The notes under the pieces are model-generated. The model saw nothing but the letters and a program-made list of their open reading frames with translations, made no database searches and was not told the DNA's origin. Of a stretch of 64,000 bases of DNA, positions 50,107-60,024 are shown in pieces. The stretch is taken from assembly GCA_963606965.1 (NCBI GenBank), contig CAVDAL010000051.1, positions 31,487 to 95,486 on the forward strand. The letters are read 5' to 3'. Each line of letters starts with the position of its first letter. Position 1 is the stretch's first letter. The translations under genes were made by a program, and so were the position numbers. Origin of the DNA: Acutalibacteraceae bacterium (GTDB lineage: Bacteria; Actinomycetota; Coriobacteriia; Coriobacteriales; QAMH01).

Positions 50107-51624
50107 ATGGCTTATTTCTATGATGAACCCTCACATACCTTTAATGAATATTTGCTTGTTCCAGGATATTCTTCAAGCAAATGCATTCCAGATGATGTTA
50201 ATTTAACAACGCCGCTTGTTAAATATAAAAAAGGCGAAGAGCCACGTTTATCATTAAATATCCCTATGGTTTCTGCAATTATGCAATCAGTTTCTGGGCC
50301 AAAGCTTGCTGTTGCTTTAGCAAAAGAAGGCGGATGTTCATTTATTTATGGCTCACAAACTCCAGAAAATGAAGCTGCAATGGTTGCACAGGTTAAAGCA
50401 TACAAAGCTGGCTTTGTTCCAAGCGACAGCACTGTCCGTCCGGACACACAACTCAGCGAAGTTATGGGCTTAAAAGAACTTTCTGGTCATTCAACAATGC
50501 CTGTTACAGAAGATGGTTCCCCAACAGGCAAGTTAATTGGCATTGTTACAAGTCGCGATTATAGGCCTAGCCGCATGGAGCCAGATACTCCTGTTTCTGA
50601 ATTTATGACTCCACGTGAAAATTTAATTGTTGGCTATGACGGAATGTCTTTGTCTGAAGCAAATGATCTTATCTGGGAACATAAATTAAATGCTTTGCCA
50701 ATTGTTGATAAAGATAACAATCTTGTTTCTATAGTATTTAGAAAAGACTACGACTCACACAAACAAAATCCACATGAACTTCTTGATGCAAACAAGCGCT
50801 TTATTGTTGGCGCTGGCATCAACACTCGTGATTATGAAACTCGTGTTCCACTTCTTTTGGAAGCTGGCGCAGATGTTTTATGCATCGATTCATCAGAAGG
50901 CTTTAGTGATTGGCAAAAGTTCACTCTTGAATGGATTCGTGAAAATTATGGCGATTCTGTCATGGTTGGCGCTGGTAATGTTGTTGACAGGGAAGGCTTT
51001 AGATTCCTTGCTGAAAACGGTGCTGACTTCATAAAGATTGGCATCGGCGGCGGTTCAATCTGTATTACTCGTGAACAAAAAGGCATTGGCCGTGGTCAAG
51101 CAACAGCAGTTATTGAAGTTGCTAAAGCTCGCGATGAATATTTTGAAGAAACTGGCATTTATATCCCAATCTGTGCTGATGGCGGCATTGTTCAGGATTA
51201 CCACATGACGCTTGCTCTAGCTATGGGTGCAGACTTCATGATGCTTGGGCGCTACTTTGCAAGGTTCGATGAAAGCCCAACAAACAGAGTCAATGTCAAT
51301 GGTTCATATATGAAGGAATATTGGGGAGAAGGCTCTGCACGCGCTCGCAACTGGCAGCGTTATGACATGGGCGGTTCTAAAGGTCTTTCATTTGAAGAAG
51401 GCGTGGATTCTTATGTTCCTTACGCAGGCTCTTTGCATGACAATGTATCATTGAGCCTTTCTAAAGTTCGCCATACAATGTGCAACTGCGGCGCTTTATC
51501 AATTAATGAACTTCGTGAAAAAGCAAAAATTACTCTTGTTTCTTCAACATCAATTATTGAAGGCGGCGCGCACGATGTTGTTTTGAAAGACAGTGCACAG
51601 GGCTCTGGCGTACGCTTTAAATAA
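50107..51624 (+). CDS. guaB: IMP dehydrogenase
   Basis: Catalytic loop '[12 protein letters not shown]', CBS pair in aa ~95-215, 'GEGS', 505 aa. Confidence 0.95.
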   Translation: MAYFYDEPSHTFNEYLLVPGYSSSKCIPDDVNLTTPLVKYKKGEEPRLSLNIPMVSAIMQSVSGPKLAVALAKEGGCSFIYGSQTPENEAAMVAQVKAYKAGFVPSDSTVRPDTQLSEVMGLKELSGHSTMPVTEDGSPTGKLIGIVTSRDYRPSRMEPDTPVSEFMTPRENLIVGYDGMSLSEANDLIWEHKLNALPIVDKDNNLVSIVFRKDYDSHKQNPHELLDANKRFIVGAGINTRDYETRVPLLLEAGADVLCIDSSEGFSDWQKFTLEWIRENYGDSVMVGAGNVVDREGFRFLAENGADFIKIGIGGGSICITREQKGIGRGQATAVIEVAKARDEYFEETGIYIPICADGGIVQDYHMTLALAMGADFMMLGRYFARFDESPTNRVNVNGSYMKEYWGEGSARARNWQRYDMGGSKGLSFEEGVDSYVPYAGSLHDNVSLSLSKVRHTMCNCGALSINELREKAKITLVSSTSIIEGGAHDVVLKDSAQGSGVRFK

Positions 51625-52444
51625 ATTCAATTTCTTTTGTTTGAATAAGTTGCACAGCAATAGTTAATGGTGCAACAACATCATTTGAAACAGGGGAATA
51701 TTCTTCATAAAAATATTCCCCTGGTATTTCATAAAATTCTTCCATAGACTTTTTCAACCTGCCATATGTATCAGCTGGAGTCTCTCCTGACATTTGCGCA
51801 GTAACACCATAAATTCCAGCAGGGCGCACAAATTCAACCAATCCAAGCTCTTTCGCTTTAGCTTCATTTATTTTAGGGGTCTTTAAAATAAGAAGCTGCT
51901 TTTGAATGTCCAAAATGTCATTCATTACATCTTCACTTTTAAGCGTGACGGCATAAAGCTCAACTTCTTTAACAAGTTTTGCAACACCTTCAACAAGCTC
52001 TTGGTCATTCATTTCATCCAAAGCTTTTGTTGCCCACATTTTAATTTCTGGTCGTTCTTCAAGTCGAATGATCTCGCGCTTTGAATCAAAATCACCAAAG
52101 CGCAAACCGCTTGCTCCAAAAGAAGAGCTCAAAATTTTACGAACATGAATCAAATGATTGATTTTGTCATCCAAAGCTTCTAGCTTCCTTGAAACCAACT
52201 GTGATTTTTCTTCTTCATCTTCTAAAAAAAGATAATCTTTAATTTCTTGTAAAGACATCCCAGCCTCTTTCAAACAAGATATCAAAAGGAAATCTTGATA
52301 TTGTTCAAATGAATACTTGCGATAAGAATTTTCTTCAACCAGTTTTGGCTTCAGCAAGCCAATATCATCATAGTGATAAAGCGTTTGTTTCTTCACACCG
52401 CATAAATCTGCGAACTCTTTTGTGCTATATAACAAATTTTTCAT
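51617..52444 (-). CDS. MerR-family transcriptional regulator with a GyrI-like effector-binding domain
   Basis: N-terminal HTH '[28 protein letters not shown]', a coiled-coil linker and a ~150-aa C-terminal domain of BmrR/GyrI type. Confidence 0.85.
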   Translation of the reverse strand: MKNLLYSTKEFADLCGVKKQTLYHYDDIGLLKPKLVEENSYRKYSFEQYQDFLLISCLKEAGMSLQEIKDYLFLEDEEEKSQLVSRKLEALDDKINHLIHVRKILSSSFGASGLRFGDFDSKREIIRLEERPEIKMWATKALDEMNDQELVEGVAKLVKEVELYAVTLKSEDVMNDILDIQKQLLILKTPKINEAKAKELGLVEFVRPAGIYGVTAQMSGETPADTYGRLKKSMEEFYEIPGEYFYEEYSPVSNDVVAPLTIAVQLIQTKEIEFI

Positions 52445-52454
52445 AAAAAACCTC

Positions 52455-52485
52455 TTGACTCTATGGTTACCGTATACTTTACCTT
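52455..52485 (+). promoter_or_regulatory. MerR-type promoter: TTGACT, 19-nt spacer with dyad, TACCTT; overlaps the divergent merR promoter
   Basis: TTGACT at 52455-60. The 19-nt spacer CTATGGTTACCGTATACTT contains an imperfect dyad centred on GGTTACC. TACCTT at 52480-85. On the minus strand, TTGCTC (52504-52499), 17 nt, then TAAAGT (52481-52476). Confidence 0.6.
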
Positions 52486-52491
52486 GTAAAC

Positions 52492-52616
52492 AGTTTCAGA
52501 GCAAGGCTATGCCTATAAAAGGGGACAGCACATAGTTTTAACTCTGATGGAAAGTACAAACTCGATCCCTGCAAAAATTGAGTACAAGAAAAGCACTTTT
52601 AAGAGTGCTTTTTTTG
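52492..52616 (+). ncRNA. Candidate small transcript (sRNA or terminated leader) between the MerR-type promoter and an orphan terminator
   Basis: Bounded by the promoter above and the terminator at 52588-52616. Only 8-aa and 28-aa ORFs are present, without a usable SD. An internal 9-bp helix AAGGCTATG/CATAGTTTT can form. Confidence 0.3.
52588..52616 (+). terminator. Orphan intrinsic terminator upstream of the HD gene
   Basis: AAAAGCACT-TTTAAG-AGTGCTTTT hairpin followed by a T-run. No annotated plus-strand gene ends here. Confidence 0.65.
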
Positions 52617-52708
52617 TATGCTTTTACAGATAGAACGCAGCTAAAACTATAAAGAATGCTGCTTTTAAACTATAATATCCATCTAAAAAATTTTAATTGC
52701 GAGGTTTT

Positions 52709-53935
52709 ATGACTTCTAATTCAGACTTATTCCAATTCAATGAAGATGAACTTGAATTTTTGCGAATAAATGAACAAAAACAGCAAAGTCTTCTTAGCGA
52801 ATATGCTTGCAAAAATAGTGAAGGCTTGCGCGAATTTAATAAAAATTATGAAGATAAAGATTGCTATTTAGGACGCCCTTGCTTTGTTGTTGATATTGAA
52901 AAAATTCTTCATAATCCATTTTTCTCAAGATGCGCAGACAAGACGCAAGTTTTCAGTCTTGTAAAAAATGATGATGTAACGCGTCGTTCATTTCATTTGC
53001 AGCTTGTCAGCCGCGTTGGAAGAACAATAGGCCAAGCTCTTGGCTTAAATCTTGACTTGATTGAAGCAATAGCAATTGGCCATGACTTGGGACATACTCC
53101 ATTTGGCCACAAAGGCGAAGAATATTTATCCAAACTTTATTATTCACATACAAAAAGATATTTCAATCACAATGTGCAAAGCGTGCGTCTTTTAAAAACT
53201 ATGGCCCGCACTAATTTATGTCTTCAAACATATAGCGGAATTCTTGCTCATTGCGGTGAAAAAGCATTTGCAAAATACAAGCCCAAACAAATTTCTGGCT
53301 TTGATGAATTTAATGAAATTATAGAAGGCTGCTATAAAGACCAAAGCGAAATTCGCAATCTTTTGCCAAATACTTTAGAAGGTTGCGTTGTTCGAATTTC
53401 AGATATTGTTGCTTATCTTGGCAAGGACAGGCAGGATGCTGCGCGTGTCAAGCTTACAAACTTTGATATTTATGATGAATCAAACATAATTGGCCCGCTT
53501 AATCATCAAATTATTCAAAATGTAACACATAATATTATCAAACGTTCTATTGGCAAAGATTATCTTGCAATGGATGAAGAAGTTTTTGATGCATTGCAAG
53601 CATTAACAAATGAAAATTGGGAATATATTTATTCATCTGAAGAAATTAAAAACCGCATAAAATTCGTTGAACCTATGATGGAAATTTTATATGAAACTTT
53701 CTTACAAGATTTAAAAGATGGGAAGGAAGAATCGCCAATTTTTTCTCATTATGTATTGCATCCAATGCTGCATTGCGACTATACATGGGAGCTTAAAAAT
53801 CGCCCTGATGATATAGTCGTAGACTATATTGCTTCTATGACAGATGATTATTTTGTCGATTTATTTAAGCATATGTTTCCAGAAAGCAAGCTTAATGATG
53901 AAGTTTGCTATGTTCCATATTTCAAGGAAAATTAA
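52709..53935 (+). CDS. HD-domain dNTP triphosphohydrolase-like protein (Dgt family)
   Basis: 'DKTQVF', 'RRSFHLQLVSRV', 'IGHDLGHTPFGH.GE', 'FNHN.QS.R'. ATG 52709 lies 4 nt after GAGG. Confidence 0.8.
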   Translation: MTSNSDLFQFNEDELEFLRINEQKQQSLLSEYACKNSEGLREFNKNYEDKDCYLGRPCFVVDIEKILHNPFFSRCADKTQVFSLVKNDDVTRRSFHLQLVSRVGRTIGQALGLNLDLIEAIAIGHDLGHTPFGHKGEEYLSKLYYSHTKRYFNHNVQSVRLLKTMARTNLCLQTYSGILAHCGEKAFAKYKPKQISGFDEFNEIIEGCYKDQSEIRNLLPNTLEGCVVRISDIVAYLGKDRQDAARVKLTNFDIYDESNIIGPLNHQIIQNVTHNIIKRSIGKDYLAMDEEVFDALQALTNENWEYIYSSEEIKNRIKFVEPMMEILYETFLQDLKDGKEESPIFSHYVLHPMLHCDYTWELKNRPDDIVVDYIASMTDDYFVDLFKHMFPESKLNDEVCYVPYFKEN

Positions 53936-54087
53936 AAAATGTTCACAAATCCTACTGAAAATAAAGAAATTAATTGCGTTCGCGAACTTGTCTGCAGTCA
54001 TTACGTGCTTGCTATGGAGTTGCCGCGCAATCAAGCATCAATACTAGGTAAAATGATATTAAAATCCACAATCGAGGGGATGTTAAA

Positions 54088-54870
54088 ATGATTTCAGTTT
54101 TAGTTAGCGGCGCAAAAGGTCGCATGGGAACAACAATTATTTCAATGGTTGAAGACGCTGAAGATATGCAGCTTATCGCTGGAGTAGACCCAGTTGCAAA
54201 AGATAATGATACATGCGGCAATGGTGCACCAGTTTTCAAAAGTTTAGAAGAAGCTCTTAACAATGTTAAGCCAGATGTCATGGTTGACTTTACAAGACCT
54301 GACGTAGCTGAACAAAATCTTCGACTTGCTTTGAGTAAAGGAGTTAATTGCGTTTTGGGAACAACAGGCGTTTCTGAGGAACGTCTTGCAGAAATTTATG
54401 ATGAATGTGCCACGGATGGTGCAGCATTATTCTGCGCTCCAAATTTCACAACAGGAGCAGTTCTTATGATGCTATTTTCTAAGATGGCTGCAAAATATTT
54501 CCCAGATGCAGAAGTCATTGAACTTCATCACAATGGGAAAAAGGATGCTCCATCTGGCACTGCTGTTCGTACAGCGCGTTTGATTGCTGGCGCCAGAACA
54601 CAAGAGCCTCAAGCTCCTGGTAAAGAAACTGAACTTGATGGAATGGACGGCGCTCGCGGCGCGCTCGTCGATGGTGTTCCTGTTCATTCTGTTCGCACGG
54701 CTGGATATATGGCTCATCAAGAAGTTATTTTTGGAGGAATGGGTCAGACGTTAACCATTCGTCATGACTCTATTGATAGATCTTGTTACATGCCTGGTGT
54801 TGCATTAGCAATCAGGTCAATTGTTAAACAAGATGGCCTTGTAATTGGCCTTGAAAATTTGATGGATTAA
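54088..54870 (+). CDS. dapB: 4-hydroxy-tetrahydrodipicolinate reductase
   Basis: 'V.VSGAKGRMG', 'ELHHNGKKDAPSGTA', 'HS.R..G'. Confidence 0.95.
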   Translation: MISVLVSGAKGRMGTTIISMVEDAEDMQLIAGVDPVAKDNDTCGNGAPVFKSLEEALNNVKPDVMVDFTRPDVAEQNLRLALSKGVNCVLGTTGVSEERLAEIYDECATDGAALFCAPNFTTGAVLMMLFSKMAAKYFPDAEVIELHHNGKKDAPSGTAVRTARLIAGARTQEPQAPGKETELDGMDGARGALVDGVPVHSVRTAGYMAHQEVIFGGMGQTLTIRHDSIDRSCYMPGVALAIRSIVKQDGLVIGLENLMD

Positions 54871-54891
54871 AAATTTAAGGTGGAGATGAAA

Positions 54892-55785
54892 ATGTCTAAA
54901 TTACGTTTTGGACGCACAATTGCTGCTATGGTTACTCCATTTAATGAAGATGGAGATGTTGACTTATATAGAGCACAGGAATTGGCAGTTCGCCTTTCAG
55001 ATGGCAGATGCGACGCAATCGCGGTTTGTGCAACAACGGGGGAAGGCCCAACAATCTTTTACCCACAAAAGCTTGATTTGATCAGCGCGGTTGTTAATGC
55101 TGTTGGAAGCAATTGCAAAGTAATTGCAAATGTTGGCACTAATTCAACAGCAGATAGCATTTCTTTTGCTCAAGATGTTGCACCTTTAGGTGTTGACGGA
55201 TTCATGACTGTTGTTCCTTATTATAATAAGCCTCCTCAAGAAGGTTTATATAAGCACTTTAGCGCAATTGCTAATTCAGTTGATTTGCCAGTTATTTTGT
55301 ATAACATCCCAGGCAGAAGCGTCATAAATTTGGAAGCAAAAACAACAATTGCTCTTGCGAATGATGTTGAAAATATTCTAGGCATTAAAGAAGCAAGCAG
55401 CAAAATGGATCAAATCCAAGAAATTATTGATAATGTAGATGATGAATTTGCTATTTATTCAGGCGAAGATTCAGATACTGTTGAAATTATGAAGCGCGGC
55501 GGCACTGGCGTAATTTCAACAATTGCAAATATTGCCCCAGGCAGAATGAATGAAATTACAACATTATGCGCCGAAGGCAAATTTGATGAAGCACAAGCTA
55601 AAAGCGATGCTTTGCTTCCATTAATGAAAGAATTATTTGTTACAACAAATCCAATTATGGTAAAAGAAGCTCTAAAGATTCTTGACTTCGGCGTGGGGGG
55701 CTTGCATCTTCCACTTGTTGATGCAACTCAACGACAACATGATGAACTTGCAGAAGTCATGAAGAAGGTAGGGGAAATTTATTAG
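54892..55785 (+). CDS. dapA: 4-hydroxy-tetrahydrodipicolinate synthase
   Basis: 'AMVTPF..DG.VD', 'TTGE', 'YYNKP.QEGLY.HF', 'YN.PGR'. ATG 54892 lies 6 nt after AAGGTGGAG. Confidence 0.9.
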   Translation: MSKLRFGRTIAAMVTPFNEDGDVDLYRAQELAVRLSDGRCDAIAVCATTGEGPTIFYPQKLDLISAVVNAVGSNCKVIANVGTNSTADSISFAQDVAPLGVDGFMTVVPYYNKPPQEGLYKHFSAIANSVDLPVILYNIPGRSVINLEAKTTIALANDVENILGIKEASSKMDQIQEIIDNVDDEFAIYSGEDSDTVEIMKRGGTGVISTIANIAPGRMNEITTLCAEGKFDEAQAKSDALLPLMKELFVTTNPIMVKEALKILDFGVGGLHLPLVDATQRQHDELAEVMKKVGEIY

Positions 55786-55809
55786 ACCAAAAGGTCTTTC
55801 GGAGAAAAT

Positions 55810-57582
55810 ATGACACAAGAACAGAAAGTGCGCCCCGCAGCAGCTGGGGCGCCTTCACGTAATAAAAACAAGAAAAAGACATATACAAAATCGTATAAAA
55901 AACACAGCGCAAGCAACAAACAAGCTCCATCTTTGCGCATAATTCCGCTTGGCGGCCTTGATGCTATTGGCAAAAACATGACCGTTTTGGAATGTGGCCA
56001 AGACATGATAATGGTTGACGCAGGTTTGATGTTTCCAGATGATGAACACGTTGGCGTCGACTTAATTCTTCCAGACTATACATATGTTTTGGAACATGCA
56101 GATAAGCTCCGCGGCATCGTGATTACTCATGGTCATGAAGATCATACAGGTGCTTTGCCATATCTTTTAAAGGATTTAGATATAGACGTTCCTGTTTTAG
56201 GAACAAAATTAACATTGGGGCTTATCAAAGGCAAGCTTTCTGAATTTAAACTTGCTAATACTACAAACTTGCAAGAAGTCCATCGTGGTGGACATGCAAG
56301 CTTGGGCAGTTTTGAATTGGACTTTTTTACAGTTAATCATTCAATTCCAGGCGCTATGGGCATTTTTATTAAGTCACCTGCAGGCAGCGTCTTGCATATG
56401 GGCGACTTTAAACTTGATGAAACGCCCATAGATGGCGAATTGACAGACTTTGCAGCATTAGCTCGTTTTGCACAAGAAGGCGTTGATCTTTTAATTTCAG
56501 ATTCAACAAATGCAAACCAAAAGCAATTCACTCCTAGTGAAGCTGAAGTCGGCGTTGCATTGCGACAGATAATCAATCAAGCAAAACGCAAAGTTATTGT
56601 TGCAGCATTTTCTTCACATATTCATAGGGTTCAACAAATTTGCGATGCAGCAATGCTTGCAAAACGTTCTGTTGCTGTAACGGGCAGGTCAATGCTTACA
56701 AATACTCGCATTGCAAGAGAGCTTGGATATCTTAATGTTCCAGACAATTTGATTGTTGATGCATATGAATGTAATGACATTCCACCACATAAGTTAGTAA
56801 TCTTATGTACAGGCAGTCAAGGTGAACCTTTATCGGCACTTGCTAGAATGGCAGTAGGCGAGCACAAAACTGTTTCCATTGAAAGAGGCGACACAGTTAT
56901 AATGTCTGCTACTCCTGTTCCTGGGAATGAAAAGTCAGTAACGCGCGTTATTAATCACTTGTCAAAAATTGGTGCAGATGTTTATGATAAAAAACGCGCT
57001 ATGGTTCATGTTTCTGGCCATGCTGGAGCTGAAGAATTAAAAATAATTCTTTCTATCGTTAAGCCAAAGTATTTTTTGCCAGCTCATGGTGAAGCTGTGC
57101 ATTTGCGTGCTCATGCAAAACTTGCTCAAGCCGTTGGAGTGAAAGAAAAGAATATCTTCATTCTTGATAATGGCGATTCACTATTGATGAAAAATGGCAA
57201 AGTCACACGCGGTGAACATGTCGATAGCGGAATTGTTTATGTTGATGGTTCATCTGTTGGTGACATTGGGCAAGACGTTTTGCGCGACAGACAAATGCTT
57301 TCTAATGAAGGTGTTGTTAGCCTTGTAATTGTTGCAAATGCAATCACGCATTCACTCGCTGCAGACCCTGAGATTTCAATGCGTGGCTTGCCAGGATTTG
57401 ATGATGAAGATTTCATTGCGCAAGCAATTGAACAAGTTGCTAAATGTTACAATGATTCACTCAAAGCTTATAGAAGTGACAAAGCGCGTTTGAAGAAGTC
57501 ATGCCGCGAATCGCTTTCTAAATTTATATGGTCAAAGTGCCACAGGCATCCATTAATCATTACAACATTGATGGACGTATAG
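55810..57582 (+). CDS. rnj: Ribonuclease J
   Basis: 'LRIIPLGGL..IGKNM', metallo-beta-lactamase 'THGHEDH', beta-CASP 'HVSGHA'. Basic ~40-aa N-terminal extension. Confidence 0.95.
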   Translation: MTQEQKVRPAAAGAPSRNKNKKKTYTKSYKKHSASNKQAPSLRIIPLGGLDAIGKNMTVLECGQDMIMVDAGLMFPDDEHVGVDLILPDYTYVLEHADKLRGIVITHGHEDHTGALPYLLKDLDIDVPVLGTKLTLGLIKGKLSEFKLANTTNLQEVHRGGHASLGSFELDFFTVNHSIPGAMGIFIKSPAGSVLHMGDFKLDETPIDGELTDFAALARFAQEGVDLLISDSTNANQKQFTPSEAEVGVALRQIINQAKRKVIVAAFSSHIHRVQQICDAAMLAKRSVAVTGRSMLTNTRIARELGYLNVPDNLIVDAYECNDIPPHKLVILCTGSQGEPLSALARMAVGEHKTVSIERGDTVIMSATPVPGNEKSVTRVINHLSKIGADVYDKKRAMVHVSGHAGAEELKIILSIVKPKYFLPAHGEAVHLRAHAKLAQAVGVKEKNIFILDNGDSLLMKNGKVTRGEHVDSGIVYVDGSSVGDIGQDVLRDRQMLSNEGVVSLVIVANAITHSLAADPEISMRGLPGFDDEDFIAQAIEQVAKCYNDSLKAYRSDKARLKKSCRESLSKFIWSKCHRHPLIITTLMDV

Positions 57583-57604
57583 TTAGTTTTTTTTGGAGGT
57601 TAAT

Positions 57605-60010
57605 TTGAGCGCAAAACGCTCACAAGTAAATAATAAAAACAATCGCAAACCAGCAGGTAACAAAGGTAATAAAAGAGCTCAACAAAGCAGGCAAGAACCT
57701 GAGCCAATTTTGGACGCAAGAACAAAAGATGACATTATTGGTGTTGCTTTAATTGTTTTAGGCATTGTGCTTTTTATTGCTGTTGTCGCCCCTGGCACAG
57801 CCTTGCTTTCTGCTTTAATTTCAGAAGCTTTACTGAATGCTTTTGGTGTTGGTGCTTATATATTCCCATTTGCATTTGTTATCTGGGGCGCTGTTCATTT
57901 TGTCAGAAGCCCATCTACAAAAATGATGCGCCTTGTAATAGGCATATGCATGATTGTATGGGGAATAATGGCGCTGTTTTCCTTATTCAATGGTAGCGTC
58001 GATCTGAATTATCCAAATTCGCTTTTCGCTGATTATGTATTAATTAATGGCGGAGGCTATGCAGGTTCTGCTTTAGCTTGGGTTTTCATGAGCCTGCTTG
58101 GAAAAGTAATTGCATGTGTAATTATCTGCGCAATCATTTTAATCGGTTTTATTTTGGCAGGATTTTCAATATCTGCTCTTGTAAGCTTTGTTCGCAATTA
58201 TATTGCATTGAGCAAAGAAGAAAAAGCATTGCGCAAACAAGAACGTTCAAACAATGTTGAAGAAGTTTCATTAGCTCCACGCGATAAATATAGCGACGAG
58301 GATCAAATTGAATGTATTCCTCAAAAAGACGAAACATTGCTGATTGGTCAGCCAAAGCGCAGAAATAAGACTAAGCGCAAAAAAGATATAGGCAATAGCG
58401 AAGACGAAACAATAAACTTAAAAGATGCTGCATATGATGAAACTATAGTTTTGGACTCAAGTAAAAAGGGCTCAAAAACAACTCGCAAGCCAAAAAGCGA
58501 AGCTAAGACAGTTAGCTTTGGTTTGGACGTTCCAACAACAGAAGGCTTTAGTATTCCACCTGCTGGAATAATCAAAACATCAGGCAAGCGTTCGCAAAAA
58601 AGTAATACTCAAGAATGTGAACAAGTTGCTGCGCATCTTCAACAAACATTGGAAGAATTTAGCTTGCCCGCACAGGTTGTGGGTTGGTTGTCTGGCCCTA
58701 CGGTAACGATGTATAAAGTTGATTTACCAACTGGCGTCAAACTTTCGAAACTTACAGGTTTAGCAGATGATATTGCACTGGCTTTGGCAGCAAGCTCTGT
58801 AAGAATTGCTCAAATTCCTTCTACATCTTTAGTGGGCGTTGAAATTCCAAACAAAAACAGGTCAACTGTTTTATTTGGCGATATTTTAAGCACTGCAAAA
58901 TCTGCTCCACTTGAATTAGCAATTGGCGAAGATGTTGACGGAAATAAAATTTGCGTTGACTTGGCAAAGATGCCTCACTTGCTTATTGGCGGCACAACAG
59001 GTTCTGGCAAATCTGTAGCAATGAATGCAATGATTATGTCATTATTAATGCGCACAACACCAGCAGATGTTCGCTTGATTATTGTTGACCCTAAGCGCGT
59101 TGAAATGTCTGGATATAATGGAATTCCTCATCTTTATATTCCAGTTGTAACTGAGCCGAAAGAAGCTGCTGCAGCTTTGCGGTGGGGCGTTGTTGAAATG
59201 GAACGTCGCCTTAAAGTTTTTGAAAACGCAGGCGCAAGAAATATTTCAATTTATAACCAAATGATTGCTGATGGCAAACTTAATAAAGAAGATGAAGAGC
59301 CTCCAACAAAAATGCCATATATAGTCATTGTTATTGACGAATTGTCGGACTTGATGATGGCAGCAGGCAAAGATATTGAAGATTCAATTGTGCGCATTTC
59401 GCAGCTTGCTCGCGCGGCTGGCATTCATTTAATTATTGCAACTCAACGACCATCTAGCAATATTGTTACAGGCATGATTAAAGCAAATATCACAAACAGA
59501 ATTGCTTTACTTGTGGCAACTGGTGTTGACTCTCGTGTTATTTTGGACCAAACTGGCGCAGAAAAATTAATTGGCAATGGCGACATGCTTTTCAGCAAAC
59601 CTGAGTGGGGAAAGCCAAAGCGTGTTCAAGGATGCTATGTTTCAGATGCTGAAATAAATGCAGTTGTTGAACATTTGAAAAGCCAAGGTTCACCCGAATA
59701 TCATCCGGAGATCTTGCAGGTTGGAAGTTCGGCAAACTCAAATTCTGGTAGCACAGCTGCCGCTTCAAATGACGACCCACTAATCTGGGATGCTGCCGAT
59801 GCTGTTGTAAGCTCGGGAATTGGGTCAACATCAATGTTGCAAAGAAGATTAAGCGTTGGTTATGCCCGTGCAGGACGCATTATGGATACATTAGAAGCAA
59901 AAGGAATTGTTGGACCACCAGATGGCTCGCACCCGCGTGAGGTTTTAATTGATAGTGTTGAAGACCTTGAAGCAATTAAAGCTTTCGAGGCAAATGATAT
60001 GGAAAATTAA
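57605..60010 (+). CDS. ftsK: DNA translocase FtsK
   Basis: N-terminal TM helices, motor 'GGTTGSGKS', 'VIDELSDLMM', C-terminal gamma wHTH 'S.LQRR..VGY.RA.R..D.LE..G.VGP'. TTG 57605 lies 5 nt after GGAGG. Confidence 0.95.
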   Translation: MSAKRSQVNNKNNRKPAGNKGNKRAQQSRQEPEPILDARTKDDIIGVALIVLGIVLFIAVVAPGTALLSALISEALLNAFGVGAYIFPFAFVIWGAVHFVRSPSTKMMRLVIGICMIVWGIMALFSLFNGSVDLNYPNSLFADYVLINGGGYAGSALAWVFMSLLGKVIACVIICAIILIGFILAGFSISALVSFVRNYIALSKEEKALRKQERSNNVEEVSLAPRDKYSDEDQIECIPQKDETLLIGQPKRRNKTKRKKDIGNSEDETINLKDAAYDETIVLDSSKKGSKTTRKPKSEAKTVSFGLDVPTTEGFSIPPAGIIKTSGKRSQKSNTQECEQVAAHLQQTLEEFSLPAQVVGWLSGPTVTMYKVDLPTGVKLSKLTGLADDIALALAASSVRIAQIPSTSLVGVEIPNKNRSTVLFGDILSTAKSAPLELAIGEDVDGNKICVDLAKMPHLLIGGTTGSGKSVAMNAMIMSLLMRTTPADVRLIIVDPKRVEMSGYNGIPHLYIPVVTEPKEAAAALRWGVVEMERRLKVFENAGARNISIYNQMIADGKLNKEDEEPPTKMPYIVIVIDELSDLMMAAGKDIEDSIVRISQLARAAGIHLIIATQRPSSNIVTGMIKANITNRIALLVATGVDSRVILDQTGAEKLIGNGDMLFSKPEWGKPKRVQGCYVSDAEINAVVEHLKSQGSPEYHPEILQVGSSANSNSGSTAAASNDDPLIWDAADAVVSSGIGSTSMLQRRLSVGYARAGRIMDTLEAKGIVGPPDGSHPREVLIDSVEDLEAIKAFEANDMEN

Positions 60011-60024
60011 TAGAAAGTTTTAAT

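Noticed and set aside
49832-50134. 100-aa minus-strand ORF
   Set aside because: It runs straight through tRNA-Ala and its terminator, so it is an artefact.
52509-52633. 8-aa (52509) and 28-aa (52547) mini-ORFs in the MerR-controlled interval as real peptides
   Set aside because: The first has an SD only 2 nt from its ATG. The second has no SD and reads through the terminator hairpin. They are kept only as a caveat to the sRNA/leader hypothesis.
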